DNA of 63,331 bases, the filler included, from Octopus bimaculoides (lineage: Eukaryota), in assembly GCF_001194135.2 (NCBI RefSeq). It is 4 parts of 4 records of this genome, joined end to end, with 100 filler letters (N's around TTAATTAATTAA, not from the genome) between each part and the next. Parts side by side here need not be neighbours in the genome. Positions count along the whole stretch, not along the records: positions 32,759 to 52,148 come from NC_068996.1; positions 52,249 to 63,331 come from NC_068994.1; 2 more parts are not named here. The stretch is one strand, 5' to 3'. The notes below the pieces were generated by a model. That model ran no database searches. It was not told where the DNA came from and saw only the letters and a program-made list of their open reading frames with translations. Numbering within the stretch: the first letter of the stretch is position 1; the number at the start of each line of letters is the position of its first letter. A program made the translations under genes and the position numbers. Positions 47,631 through 60,400 of the stretch are shown here, piece by piece.

Positions 47631-47699
<69 letters not shown>

Positions 47700-47959
47700 A
47701 CCACATGAGTATCTACATTGCTAAAAATAGAAGTCAAAAATACTTCTGTACAAAATAGCCATAAATCTAATACAGGCATGGTAGGAAAAAATTTCAGTGA
47801 ACATTAAAACGTCTTACCTCTATCCCTTTCTTTTATATATATATATATATATTTATTACATTTTATGAGGATGTAAAACTCTGTCTTTCTTCAACTTCTC
47901 TTTTTCTCTACTCCCTGACAGAGGATTGCATCTGAAACATTGGATATTCTACTCCTCAC

Positions 47960-50580
47960 AGCAAATTCACTGTACCTCTTTCAAATTTTTCTGAGGTTTT
48001 TTTTCAAACCTTGCTGACGCAGAACTACACAAGATTCCTTGTAGTTTGCCTGACTATACCCAATCATTAAATTCTGTGAACTGCCTTTCTCACTATGCCT
48101 ACACTTAAATGTCTCAACACACAGTGGCACCATACTTTTAAGGCTATTCTTCTTTCTTTTTTCCTCTCTGCTGACAGCTACCATATCACTTTTAGATATT
48201 CTAATTTCATTTTCAAGAAAACTCATTATTGAAGCCATTTGAACTTTATTAGATGCTGTCTGCACCTTAACATCAAACCACACTGCTTCAAACTGAATTT
48301 CCATCTTCCTTCAGACAGCACAACTCTACTCAATATCCTCTGAAATCACCAACATTCTCACTTCTACTTCCAAACAACTCATGAGAGCCACCACCTGCAC
48401 CCTATGCACCCAGCACGATCACGTCACACAGGAAATCACCCACTACCATTCTCTTCTCACTGTTCTTTGCTCAACCACCCAACTTCAGGCCATACTCCTT
48501 CAGACATGCCACCTCAGTAGCAAACTGTATGACTTCCTTGTTGCACAAAAGACACACAATATTCACTCACTTATCCCCCACCATTCCACTTCTCCTGCCT
48601 TGCTCTATACCTCCATGGTCTATACCATCCTGAGCAATTTACTACTCAGTCATGATGAACAAGCTTTACTTAGCAGAGGTTATAACTTCATTCCTCTCAA
48701 AAACACACCCTATGAATTCGACACACATGCCGATACAAAAAGTTTCCTCCGTTAGATCCAACTCAGAATTTTTCTATAACAAGCCCAATTCCTCTGATTG
48801 AGGATGACTTTACTACATTCGGTAGATATATTTATTAAAAATGCTGTTTCGACCTTGGTATTTTCAATTTTGATAGAAAACCAAGGATTTCAAACCTTCC
48901 CCCATTGGAACTGGATGTCCTCCAGAAGCTCCACCAATGTAAGGACATTTTTATCAAGCCAGCCAACAACAAAGGGGGTGCCATTGTTGTTTGACAAGCT
49001 GACCTTCACATAAAAGAAGCACTCTGCCAACTCAACGACCCCAGATACTACATGAAGATACCAAGTGATCTAACCAACCATTACCAAAAGAATGTTTCAA
49101 CCACTGTACATCAGGTGATCTCTTCTGGTTCACTGCCACCCACTGTCACCAACTTTATTGTCACCACACCCCAAACTTCCACTATTTATTTCATCCCTAA
49201 AATACATAAACAAGATAATCCCGGTCACCCTATTGTCTCTGCTTGCAATTGCCCCACAGAACTTTCTACCTCAACAAACTTTTATCCCCTCTTGTAGCTG
49301 CCCTACCTTCGCGTAGTATATTTTCTTTTCCACCTGGTGAATCCAAACTCCTTTTCACCATGGACATTAAATCTTTGTACACAGTCATCCCTCATAACAA
49401 TAGTTTACTAGCACTTAAATACTTCTTAGACCGCTGTTCTGTACCTGAACCCAGGACCACTACACTCCTCCACCTAGCTGAGTTTGTCTTAACACTCAAT
49501 TGTTTTTCCTTCTCTGGAGAATTCTATAAGTAGGTCAGGATGGGCATCAGGATGGGCCCCAGTTATGCCAACCTCTATGTAAGTTATGTAGAGGAGCAAA
49601 TCTTTGCTCACTTCTCTAGACCCATCCCAGAACTGTATGGTCATTACATTGATGACTGCATTGGTGCCACAAGCCCTTAACAGCTCAACAATTTTATTTC
49701 TTTTGTTAACACCTTTCACCCAGCCTTGGAATTCATCCACACAATATCTGACATTTCTGTTTGCTTTTTGGACATCTCTGTCATAATACACAATACCCAC
49801 CTCTCCACCTCTGTCTACTATAAACCTACTGACTCCCACTCCTACCTCCACTACTCTTCCTCTCACTCCAAACACATTAAATCTGCCATACCTTTCTCTC
49901 AATTTCTTTGCCTTCAACGACTTTGCAGTATTGATTCGGATTTTGAATCCCATTGCAAAACAATGCGACAGTTTTTTTCTGAATCAAGGGTATCCTCCAT
50001 CAGTTGTCGACCCAGTACTCCACTGAGCCCGAGCCATCAATCACACTGCAGCACTCCTACTGTCTTCACACACTTCCACCAACCAAATTCCACTCTCTCT
50101 CATCTACTACCCATCCATCCTCCCTCTAAAATAGTAAACTCACTCACAATTTTTGCATTCTTCTTTCTGACCCAACAACCACCCGTATCTTTCGCACACT
50201 GCCTCTCCTATCTTTTAAAAAAGATAGGAGTCTTAGAAATCTCCTTATTAGAAGCTTCATAGCTCCCAACTTGGTACAACCAGGAACCTTTAAATGTTCT
50301 TGGTGACAATGTAACACATGCCCCTACATCAGCAATATTACCACCATCACGGGGCCCAAGAAGCAATATTACATAACACACCACTTCTGCTGCACTTCAG
50401 CAAATCTCATATATTGCATCATATGCAAACTCTTCAGTGCTCTTCACATTGGAGAAACAGGGCAATGCCTTGGCGATCGCTTTCACGAACACATCAGAGG
50501 CATAATGCTACATATGCCAGGCCAACCTGTCGCCACACACTTCAACAGTGTTTCCAAAACTTTTATGTAGTGACACCCAA
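47960..50580 (+). mobile_element. Penelope-like element (Neptune/Poseidon-type RT plus GIY-YIG), decayed
   Basis: PKIHKQDNPGHPIVS, TMDIKSLYTVIPH, MGPSYANL, YIDD, FLDISV, YYKPTDSHSYL and NLIYCI...HIGETG. Confidence 0.9.
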
Positions 50581-50905
50581 AGACTTATCGACGTGTGCAC
50601 TCAAGTTATGCACATTTGTTCATTACTCAGACAACACACACACAGCATTACAAACATGGCCTGCACACCCATTTGCATATTCTGATTCCCACTGAGATTG
50701 ATTGGTACCAGACAATGTATATGGATTATTTTTGCGTTTGAGAACGATTGGGTTTATTTTTAGAATTCTCGTTTGTGAGAGCAGTTGATTTTATTTCAGA
50801 TATTATCTTAAAAATAATCTCCAGTTAATCGTTGAGAGGATGTTGGTGTTGCATTGGCGGAAGTTTGCGCTCTCTCGATGCTCTTTATTATTCTACTATA
50901 TAGAT

Positions 50906-51750
50906 CAGTGATTCCCAAACTATGAGTCGCAACCCACTGAAGGGTCGCAAACGGAATCCTAGTGGGTCGCAAAAAGTTATAAAATTACGTATTAGCTTTG
51001 ATTAACTGCTGTCTATCGAGATAGTTCAAGACTCATGTTTTCAATACCAGACTGGTTGTTTTATCAAGCAGTAGGCTTTTTTCACGAACTTAACAAATCA
51101 GAGGTGGTCATTTTCTCAAGTTATTTATTCATACGTAATCGTAAAAAGGAAAAGTCTGTTTTTACCTATTTATAGAGAACTTTAACTAGGCGCAGTACAA
51201 CACTGATCGAGCCAATAACAGTTACTGCTTCGAGGTTTTGTATTAGAGTTAACACCTGCCCATAGGGTATGGAGACGTTGAAACTGTTATAAAACGTTTT
51301 GTTTTACATTTATTATAAATAGTAAAAAATTTAAATAAATAAGACAGTATGGATTTCACTAATAAGTTTATAAATTATTCAAAAAAGTATAGGAGTGATC
51401 ACCAGGAGGCTATTAATTAGCCAATGAAATGATTGGAATAGACAGCAGCTAGACGGTAGATGGATCAATAGAGTCTATCTGATAAACAGTTTGAATAGCA
51501 GCACATCGATTGAAACAACACTTATTATTAATTATAGAGTGACGCATGATCTCAAGCGTTGTATTTTAATTCTGTCAAATCTATCGGTAAGTCAAAATTG
51601 TCTATCTTTCTAAATTCGATTTTTTCGTATTTACTCAGTCCTTCATATTATGGATAAATAGTTAAAAAAGTCAGTTGAAGTTGATGACGATGAGTCTTCA
51701 GTTAATTGAAACGAAGAAAAGTCCAGTCAAAGCAAAGAAAAGTATTGAGA
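50906..51750 (+). mobile_element. hAT (Charlie/Buster-like) 5' end fragment
   Basis: CAGTGATTCCCAAACT terminus, gggtcgcaa subterminal repeats and a decayed transposase start ending in LRKY. Confidence 0.6.
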
Positions 51751-52536
51751 AAGTATGATTATCTGTATATATATAAAAGAGAGGATGCGTGTGTGTGTGT
51801 GTGTACGTGAATGTAGTTTATGCACGTCCACAAATTAGCACGCATGTCGCTCCAATTTTAGGAGGAGATGTGTCATGACCTTATGTGCATTTTCACCAAT
51901 TTTTTCTCTCAGAGGCTCCCGCGTATAGCTGTAAAAATCGATAAACTTTTACCAATTTTGAAGTTTGTTGACATGGCGAAGTCAAATCTGTGCGTACATG
52001 CGTGAAGGAGAGAGAGAGAGAGAGAAATTGTATGTTTGTGAGAGGGAGGGTGAAGGAGAGATACATTTTGTTTGCCAGCGTCTGTGTGATAGGCAGCAAA
52101 CAAGCAAAAAGAAAAAAAACGCAGCAAACAACAAGCAAAAATAAAAAANNNNNNNNNNNNNNNNNNNNNNNNNNNNNNNNNNNNNNNNNNNNTTAATTAA
52201 TTAANNNNNNNNNNNNNNNNNNNNNNNNNNNNNNNNNNNNNNNNNNNNAATGATATTGAAAAACTATATTTCAAAGTTATGTCAAACTCCTTACACAGGC
52301 CTGCATTTGATGATGCTAAACCTATCCTTAGAAATGGTAACGATACTGAAAATATTGAAAAATGGACATTTGAGTTTGTGAAAAAATCTTGACGTAATAG
52401 AGTGAAATGGCTTTCATTTTGTAACTCAATACCCCAAAATTTCTCCCTAACCAGACAACACCAGAAACATAAAACACGTTTCCCGGTGTAATTTATGAAC
52501 ACTCTCTGCATATAAGTACAAGCATGTATGCGTGTG

Positions 52537-52580
<44 letters not shown>

Positions 52581-53105
52581 TATATGCATCGACGTACACA
52601 CACACACATATACATGCACAAATGCACATACTCACTCGTACACAAGCATGTGTGGGAAACAGTGTGTCTTCCGATCGGCCTCCAAACAGTCTCAGTCGAC
52701 AATATATTTCATTGACTATGTTTTAGTCAAACCGAAGCTGTTGTTGAATATAATTGTTTAAGACGTCACACAATGGGGTCGAATACATATACATGCAGTT
52801 GTGGAGCAAAATTTGCAATGAGAGAGTACTGAAAATTTGGCATTGGACAAAAGAATACAACAGGAGGATCAGTTAATTATGATTTTACTCAACACATTTT
52901 ACTCTCTGATTCACACACTACAGCGGCCCTTCAGTTTTTCTAAGCCCAGTAAAAAAAATCGTAAGTTTGGGCCACCAGCCAGGCCTTTCGCGATACCTTT
53001 TTCAGCACACCCTCGTAGTATAGGGGATGGAAGAACAATCACGGGTTTAATAAAACGAATATATAGTTCATTTGTGATTTTATTTCTACAATTCTTTGTT
53101 TGTAG

Positions 53106-53467
53106 CAATCAGCCTGAATCCTCTCATTACGACCAATACCACTGAAATCACAATAACGAGCAACACCAGACCTGTGGAGAATGCATCAGTTGAAACAGTT
53201 TGTTCATGTCCTTGCAATAAACAACCGATGAAGAATTTGACAAGCGAAGAAATTGTTGAAAAACTGAATCAACTTGCGACTGAGTTAACTATTCCACGCA
53301 ACACGACATCAAAGTACAAACGGTCCAAAATCAGTGCGCCGGATGAGAGAGAATCTTCATTATATATTAGTACTTTTATTGTAATGATCGTCACAATACC
53401 GTTTGCCCTCATAATCTTCCTTGATTTAATTCCACTTATAAAGTGGGTCTTTATAAAGTGTATGTAA
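53106..53467 (+). CDS. Terminal coding exon of a single-pass membrane protein (Thr-rich stalk, CxCxC, SAPDER motif, TM helix)
   Basis: Polypyrimidine tract plus TGTAG acceptor (phase 1), open 120-codon frame with 4 NxS/T sequons, CSCPC, SKYKRSKISAPDERESS and TM segment YISTFIVMIVTIPFALIIFLDLI. Resembles a motif set recalled from uncharacterised molluscan membrane proteins. Confidence 0.8.
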
Positions 53468-53585
53468 AAATATTTGTTCGCATAAAATATAACTTGTACC
53501 ATTTCATAAATATATCACCCCTATGTGCATTATGATATTTTAAAATTATAGATTCATCTTTTCTTATTAGAATATCTATATACCA

Positions 53586-53619
<34 letters not shown>

Positions 53620-54359
53620 NNNNNNNNNNNNNNNNNNNNNNNNNNNNNNNNNNNNNNNNNNNNNNNNNNNNNNNNNNNNNNNNNNNNNNNNNNNNNNNNN
53701 NNNNNNNNNNNNNNNNNNNNNNNNNNNNNNNNNNNNNNNNNNNNNNNNNNNNNNNNNNNNNNNNNNNNNNNNNNNNNNNNNNNNNNNNNNNNNNNNNNNN
53801 NNNNNNNNNNNNNNNNNNNNNNNNNNNNNNNNNNNNNNNNNNNNNNNNNNNNNNNNNNNNNNNNNNNNNNNNNNNNNNNNNNNNNNNNNNNNNNNNNNNN
53901 NNNNNNNNNNNNNNNNNNNNNNNNNNNNNNNNNNNNNNNNNNNNNNNNNNNNNNNNNNNNNNNNNNNNNNNNNNNNNNNNNNNNNNNNNNNNNNNNNNNN
54001 NNNNNNNNNNNNNNNNNNNNNNNNNNNNNNNNNNNNNNNNNNNNNNNNNNNNNNNNNNNNNNNNNNNNNNNNNNNNNNNNNNNNNNNNNNNNNNNNNNNN
54101 NNNNNNNNNNNNNNNNNNNNNNNNNNNNNNNNNNNNNNNNNNNNNNNNNNNNNNNNNNNNNNNNNNNNNNNNNNNNNNNNNNNNNNNNNNNNNNNNNNNN
54201 NNNNNNNNNNNNNNNNNNNNNNNNNNNNNNNNNNNNNNNNNNNNNNNNNNNNNNNNNNNNNNNNNNNNNNNNNNNNNNNNNNNNNNNNNNNNNNATATAT
54301 AACAACTACAACAAAACTTTGCGTGCTTGGTATGTACACCGAACAAAAGTTACCTGTGT

Positions 54360-55020
54360 AACCCAGAGAACAATCCATTAGTGACTGAGGAGTTTCATAC
54401 TGAAAGCATACAAGCAACTCGAGATGAAATCTTGCTTACCAGAATCAACCAGCCCATATCCAAAAATGACCTAAAGTGCAGATTTGTAACCAATATGATG
54501 AAATGATAGACCATCTTATTTCAGGCTGTCTGGTTCTGCCATCAAATGAGTATAAGAATCATCATGACAGAGTAGGCCAATATCTGCACTGGAAACTCTA
54601 ATCAGAGCAAAATGAAATCAGCCATCAACTGGTATGAACACCGCCCGGAGCTAGAAATGGCTGGAGATAACGTAGCAATACTTTAGGATTTTAGTTTGCA
54701 CAGAACTGACAATTCAAATTAGTAGACCAGATATCATCAAGGATAGGAGAGATAAGACCTGCAGATTAATTGATATGAGTACCCATTCAGATAAGGAGTC
54801 AGTAAAAAAAATTGAAAGGAGTAAGTACAGAGTGTTCTAGATGGACATTGATAAGATGTGACATCTTGTAATTGAAGACGTGTCCACTCATCATAAGACA
54901 TTTAGGTATGGTAAATAGAGGATGTATAAAAAAATCTTAGCAATTTCTCAGGGGAACCATCTCTCCAGGAAATTAAAACAAACACTGCGCATTTATTACA
55001 AAGAGCCCTCTTGATGTAAA
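54360..55020 (+). mobile_element. R4/Dong-like LINE 3' fragment
   Basis: KCRF..QYDEMIDHLISGC..LPSNEYKNHHDRVGQYLHWKL and RPDII.DRENKTCRLIDMS. Confidence 0.8.
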
Positions 55021-55754
55021 TATGAAACGCTAGCGAAGGAGGGCTTTCACCACTTAATTCAAATTATACTTATATTACTTATACAATTCATATACATTCA
55101 ACGCCAAGCACATATTTCTTCCTATATATATAGTGTGTTTTTATTACGCCCCTATACAGACAGCTGAAAACAATTACTCACTCACATGAAGACATTCTAA
55201 AGAGTGACGTTAATTTGCGTGTCAATATACACTACGGCACATGAGGAATTGATGCTAATACAGACACTGGTTCAGCAAGCGATTTCATAAAAACCACGAA
55301 AGAAGGAATAAAAACAATAAATGAATAAGTTAATAAAGGTAGATTTCTTTCACGACGATCATCAATTGTCCTCGCTTGCTTAGTTCTAGAGAAGACAAGT
55401 TGTTACATGTAAACGAACAGATAATGCTTGCTGTGTTACGCATTTTAACTACTGCAAATATTTGAACTTTGGGAGCTGATTTTGTTGTTGTTGTTGTTTT
55501 TTCTTTTAGTATTATATTATTTTATTCAATGATGTTATTGATTATAATTACTTTGAATTAAAATCATACTTTCTTTTTCTTTTATTTGGTTTTTTATTTT
55601 GCTGATTTCTCTTCATTTTTGTTGTTGTCATTTTTCCTTCCTTATAAATTATTGAATAATAAATTAATAAACAAATCTTGAAAGTCTTAAGTGTTTAATA
55701 TTTATGACTATTTCTAAATGTTACTTTACATAATTCATCATTACATCAGTGTAC

Positions 55755-55940
55755 CTGGTAAAATGCTTAGCAGAATTTCCTCTGCCGCTACGTTCTGAGT
55801 TCAAATTGTGCCGAGGTCGACTTTGGCATTCATCCTTTCGAGGTCAGTAATTTAAGTAACAGTTGAGTACTGAGGTCGACGTGATCGATTATCCCCCTCC
55901 CCACAAATTTCAGGCCTCATGCCTATAATAGAAAAGATTA
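55755..55940 (+). mobile_element. SINE family B (5' truncated)
   Basis: Family B body and (ATT)n tail. Confidence 0.85.
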
Positions 55941-55951
55941 TTATTATTATT

Positions 55952-56269
55952 GAGTGAGAAAGCAGTGCATGCCATCAAAGTGACACCTGGGTAAAATATA
56001 CGAAGCCCAGTATACCCATCATGACTATCCGTCTGATAAGGGTACACCAGGTACATGCATCACAACCATATGTGCGCGACATGGTGATCTCATATCAAGA
56101 TAAACAGTGCATGACCTCGCAGGTGGGACCCAGTTAGAATTTTCTTCAGGTCGAGTAGCCAATTCCGCTCAAAAGGTCCCTGAATAAGTTTTTTTTAAGG
56201 ATGTTGAGCAAAACATCCATGTTTCCAAAGGTGAATTATTCAAACCCCAAAGAATTCCTCTCAACACAT
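55952..56269 (+). repeat. Interspersed repeat family F
   Basis: Aligns with 20211-20440. Confidence 0.85.
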
Positions 56270-57129
56270 NNNNNNNNNNNNNNNNNNNNNNNNNNNNNNN
56301 NNNNNNNNNNNNNNNNNNNNNNNNNNNNNNNNNNNNNNNNNNNNNNNNNNNNNNNNNNNNNNNNNNNNNNNNNNNNNNNNNNNNNNNNNNNNNNNNNNNN
56401 NNNNNNNNNNNNNNNNNNNNNNNNNNNNNNNNNNNNNNNNNNNNNNNNNNNNNNNNNNNNNNNNNNNNNNNNNNNNNNNNNNNNNNNNNNNNNNNNNNNN
56501 NNNNNNNNNNNNNNNNNNNNNNNNNNNNNNNNNNNNNNNNNNNNNNNNNNNNNNNNNNNNNNNNNNNNNNNNNNNNNNNNNNNNNNNNNNNNNNNNNNNN
56601 NNNNNNNNNNNNNNNNNNNNNNNNNNNNNNNNNNNNNNNNNNNNNNNNNNNNNNNNNNNNNNNNNNNNNNNNNNNNNNNNNNNNNNNNNNNNNNNNNNNN
56701 NNNNNNNNNNNNNNNNNNNNNNNNNNNNNNNNNNNNNNNNNNNNNNNNNNNNNNNNNNNNNNNNNNNNNNNNNNNNNNNNNNNNNNNNNNNNNNNNNNNN
56801 NNNNNNNNNNNNNNNNNNNNNNNNNNNNNNNNNNNNNNNNNNNNNNNNNNNNNNNNNNNNNNNNNNNNNNNNNNNNNNNNNNNNNNNNNNNNNNNNNNNN
56901 NNNNNNNNNNNNNNNNNNNNNNNNNNNNNNNNNNNNNNNNNNNNNNNNNNNNNNNNNNNNNNNNNNNNNNNNNNNNNNNNNNNNNNNNNNNNNNNNNNNN
57001 NNNNNNNNNNNNNNNNNNNNNNNNNNNNNNNNNNNNNNNNNNNNNNNNNNNNNNNNNNNNNNNNNNNNNNNNNNNNNNNNNNNNNNNNNNNNNNNNNNNN
57101 NNNNNNNNNNNNNNNNNNNNNNNNNNNNN

Positions 57130-57163
<34 letters not shown>

Positions 57164-57165
<2 letters not shown>

Positions 57166-57362
57166 TCAAATTCCACCGAAGTCGACTTTGACTTTCATCT
57201 TTTCGGAGTCGATAAAAATAAGCACCAATTGAACACTGAGCTCGATGCAATCGACTAGTCCCCTATCCCAGTGAACTGGCAGAATCGTTAGCACGCCGGG
57301 CGAAATGCTTAGTGGTATTTCGTCTGCCGCTACATTCTGAGTTCAAATTCCACCGAGGTCGA
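57164..57362 (+). mobile_element. Two partial SINE family B copies
   Basis: A tail fragment followed by a head fragment ending at gaggtcgac. Confidence 0.85.
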
Positions 57363-57369
57363 CATCTGT

Positions 57370-58700
57370 ATTCCTTACTTTCTAGTAGTTTACTTGGTGC
57401 ATGTTCATACCGTTTATCAGTATGTTCAAATGCTAGCTTTCTACATAGATCCCAGTTGATTGCTCTCCCTAGATTGCCCTTTACTTGTATTCTTTCTGTG
57501 CCAGCATGCTACATTCACTTACTATATGAGTAACGCTTTCTTCTTTTGATTTGCATCATCTACATTGGGAATCTACTTGTTTTTTGTCTATCTTGGCTGC
57601 TATCCAATTAGTCCTTAATGTTTGATCTTGTGCAGCTACTAACAAACTTTCTGTCTCCCTCTTCAGCTTTTCTTTCTGCAGCCATACCCATGTCTCACTA
57701 CTACTATTTGCTGTAACTTTCTTTGGAAATCTACCATGCTCCTACGATTCAGATAATTTCAGTTCCTTTTCCTGGTTTTTAACTTCGTTTTGGTTTTTTA
57801 TTTCCTTGTGTCTTGCTGTGACTCTAGCAGCTTTTACTAAACTTTCTTCACTATTACCTACATAGGAGTCTATATCTACTCTAGCTAACTCCACGCAGTC
57901 TTCTACTGATATTAACCTCCTTCTGCTTTCCTTTTCTAGGTAAGTATAATTTTGCTACTCCTGCCCTTGGGTGGAGTCCTCCATTCGTATTGAATTCCTT
58001 CCTAGATCAGTAAATTAGTGTCTCCTATGTTTTTAATATCTATCATACTGATAACAAAATCTACTTTCCTAATCATTTCTAGCAGCTTTCTTCTGTTGAT
58101 GCCCTTTAATGCTGGCAATCTTTTTCTTACTTCTTTACTCATTACTTCTTGCAACTCATCTAGAATCTTCTGATCTTCTTCCCTTAAATCACTTAAGTCG
58201 TTGGTGCTAGTTGTCTCTTCGTTATTGGTAGCGCTATTATTATTTCTACCTTTGGGTTCTTCTTTGGTTTGAGCTGTATCTCTTATGTTGTTGTTTGTCT
58301 TTCCTACTGCCTGGTCTTTCTTTTCCAGTTCTCTTGTGATCTCTTCTACCTCCAATTCTGTCATCCACTTTCTTCTCCTAATAATATTAGCTTGATCAAC
58401 TAACCTCTGCTCAGTCACTTTTAACATACCCTTTTCTACCCAAAGTGTTAACATCCGTTTTCCATAGTCCTTTCTTTTAGGTTCATTTTCTAAGTAGCAC
58501 TGCAGCACTATTTTGTTTCCTTCCCTGGTCCACTTCCTCTTCCTTGCTCTATTAACTGCTGATGCTGTATTAGGATAACAGCTGTGGTCAGTATGCATCT
58601 TTACTGAACCAATGCCGAATGAAAGGCCTTCCCTTAAAGGTTCAGTTTCATTTTCGGTGTTACAACCAGAGTTTCTACGGAAACTCCTGTCTCTTATAAA
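57370..58700 (-). mobile_element. R4/Dong-like LINE with the RT domain deleted
   Basis: N-terminal KWTREGNKIVLQCY...TEQRLVDQ (ORF 58002-58787) is followed directly by post-RT GLHPRAGVAKLYLPRK, LKRETESLLVAAQDQTLRT and CKSKEESVTHIVSECSMLAQKEYK. Confidence 0.8.
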
Positions 58701-58959
58701 CTGAGGTAAGGTCATCATCGTCATCACTACTATCATTTTTCGACACCTGAAAGTTTCAAAATACTTTCTATGCAGATGTAACATCATGCAGATGTCCTGC
58801 GCTCTTCAGATGTTATGCGAAAGGCAACAGTTGAGGAAGAGTATTTTTTGTGCATGGCGCAAAAGATTGTGCAGCAACAGACCTGGCTACATCAGGTGCA
58901 AACACGGAACCTTGCCCGCCACTGCGCAAGACCACCACAACCAACAGACACGGGATGGC

Positions 58960-60400
58960 TTCCCCTAACGCCAGCACAGTCGTCACGACAATATTTTTAC
59001 TAAATATAGGAGGCCTGTTGCAACACAACAAAAAAGCAAACTCTTTCCTGAGAGACCTTGCTGCATGCAATCAAGACCCATGCACAGCACTCGTTGAAAA
59101 TCATCTTGGGCCTGATATAGAGGATGCAGAAGTACACGTACCAAAATATACTATACTGTGAACGGACAGAAAGGAAAGGAGCCATGGTGGAGCTGCTGTA
59201 TACATCCGTGAGAACCTCACGTCCAAGTCTTATCATCATACTTAAATTCGGTATGTGACACTTAAGTTGTATACATAAGACAACACAATATAGTCATATG
59301 CAATACATATCACCTACCGGATTCTCCAAACAACACGGGAAATTTTGAAGATTGCCTCTTAAGAATGAAAGAAGCCTTCATGAAACTGGAACATCATGTA
59401 TGTTCCGTATGGGTGATTTCAACTTCCCCAGTTTCAAATGGCTTGAGGACCTCATGTTCTCAGGAATGACTCATTGCAAACAAGTACAGGTGAAGTCCAT
59501 GGTAAACCTCTCTAATGCCCTATTCATGGAGAAAATTGTGCTCCGACCAACCAGGGCGAATAACATATTGGATCTCTGCATCACAAGCAATATGGACATC
59601 GTTCATAATATGAAAGTGACGCCGACATTAGTTTCGGATCATAACTTAATGGAGCTATCTATGTATAGATCAAAAGTAGTTAGAGACATAGAGCCTAAAG
59701 GAAGTACCTAAAATCTCTCCAGTCTGAACTTCCACAAAACAAATTGGAAATCGATAAAAAAAAGATACTCAGACAGGACTTCCCGAAATGTCTCTCCACA
59801 CCAGACATTGGCATGAAACTAGAATATTTCATGTCTGTTATGCAAGCCATATGCCAGAATTATGTCCCAGAGTACAAAAAGGAACAAGATTCCAAGGGAG
59901 AGGAAAATTCTCATGAGACGACAGACGAAGGTTGCAAATCGCTTCAGTCAACATCCCAAAAGTAGTGAAAGGTCCCGCCTAAAAACAAGATTGATGGAGA
60001 TTGAAAAAGCCTGTGACAATTCTATGTGGAGCAGAGAGCAGACAAAGAGGCCTGGGTTATAAAAAAACATCAAGTCAAACCCAAAGGCCTTCTTTTATTA
60101 GGCCAAAGAAACAACCTGCAAGATAGGACCCTCTTCCAAAAGGATGGCTCCTTCACAGATAACCCAACCAGGGTCAGTGGGGTAGTGAATGACCAGTTCA
60201 AAAGTGTTTTTACCGCCCCGTTGGAACACAGACAAGTGAACGAGTGAACGAACCAGTGGATTTCTTTACCGCCTCACCTATAACCAGTGAAGCAGTTACG
60301 ATGGATTACATCGACATTGGCGAAGAAGATATAATCTTAGCCATAGATGGAGTGGACGCAAACTCAACTGCTGGCTCTTTGGTCTGATTTCCGAATCAGG
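58960..60400 (+). mobile_element. CR1/Jockey-group LINE APE endonuclease and pre-RT fragment
   Basis: DRKERSHGGAAVYIRE, MGDFNFP, RPTRANNILDLCIT and VSDHNL. Confidence 0.8.

Noticed and set aside
47915-47945. Degenerate hammerhead (CTGACAGA-gga ttgca tct-GAAAC) upstream of the Penelope element
   Set aside because: The core has an insertion and lacks a proper NUH site and stem I; at most a dead relic.
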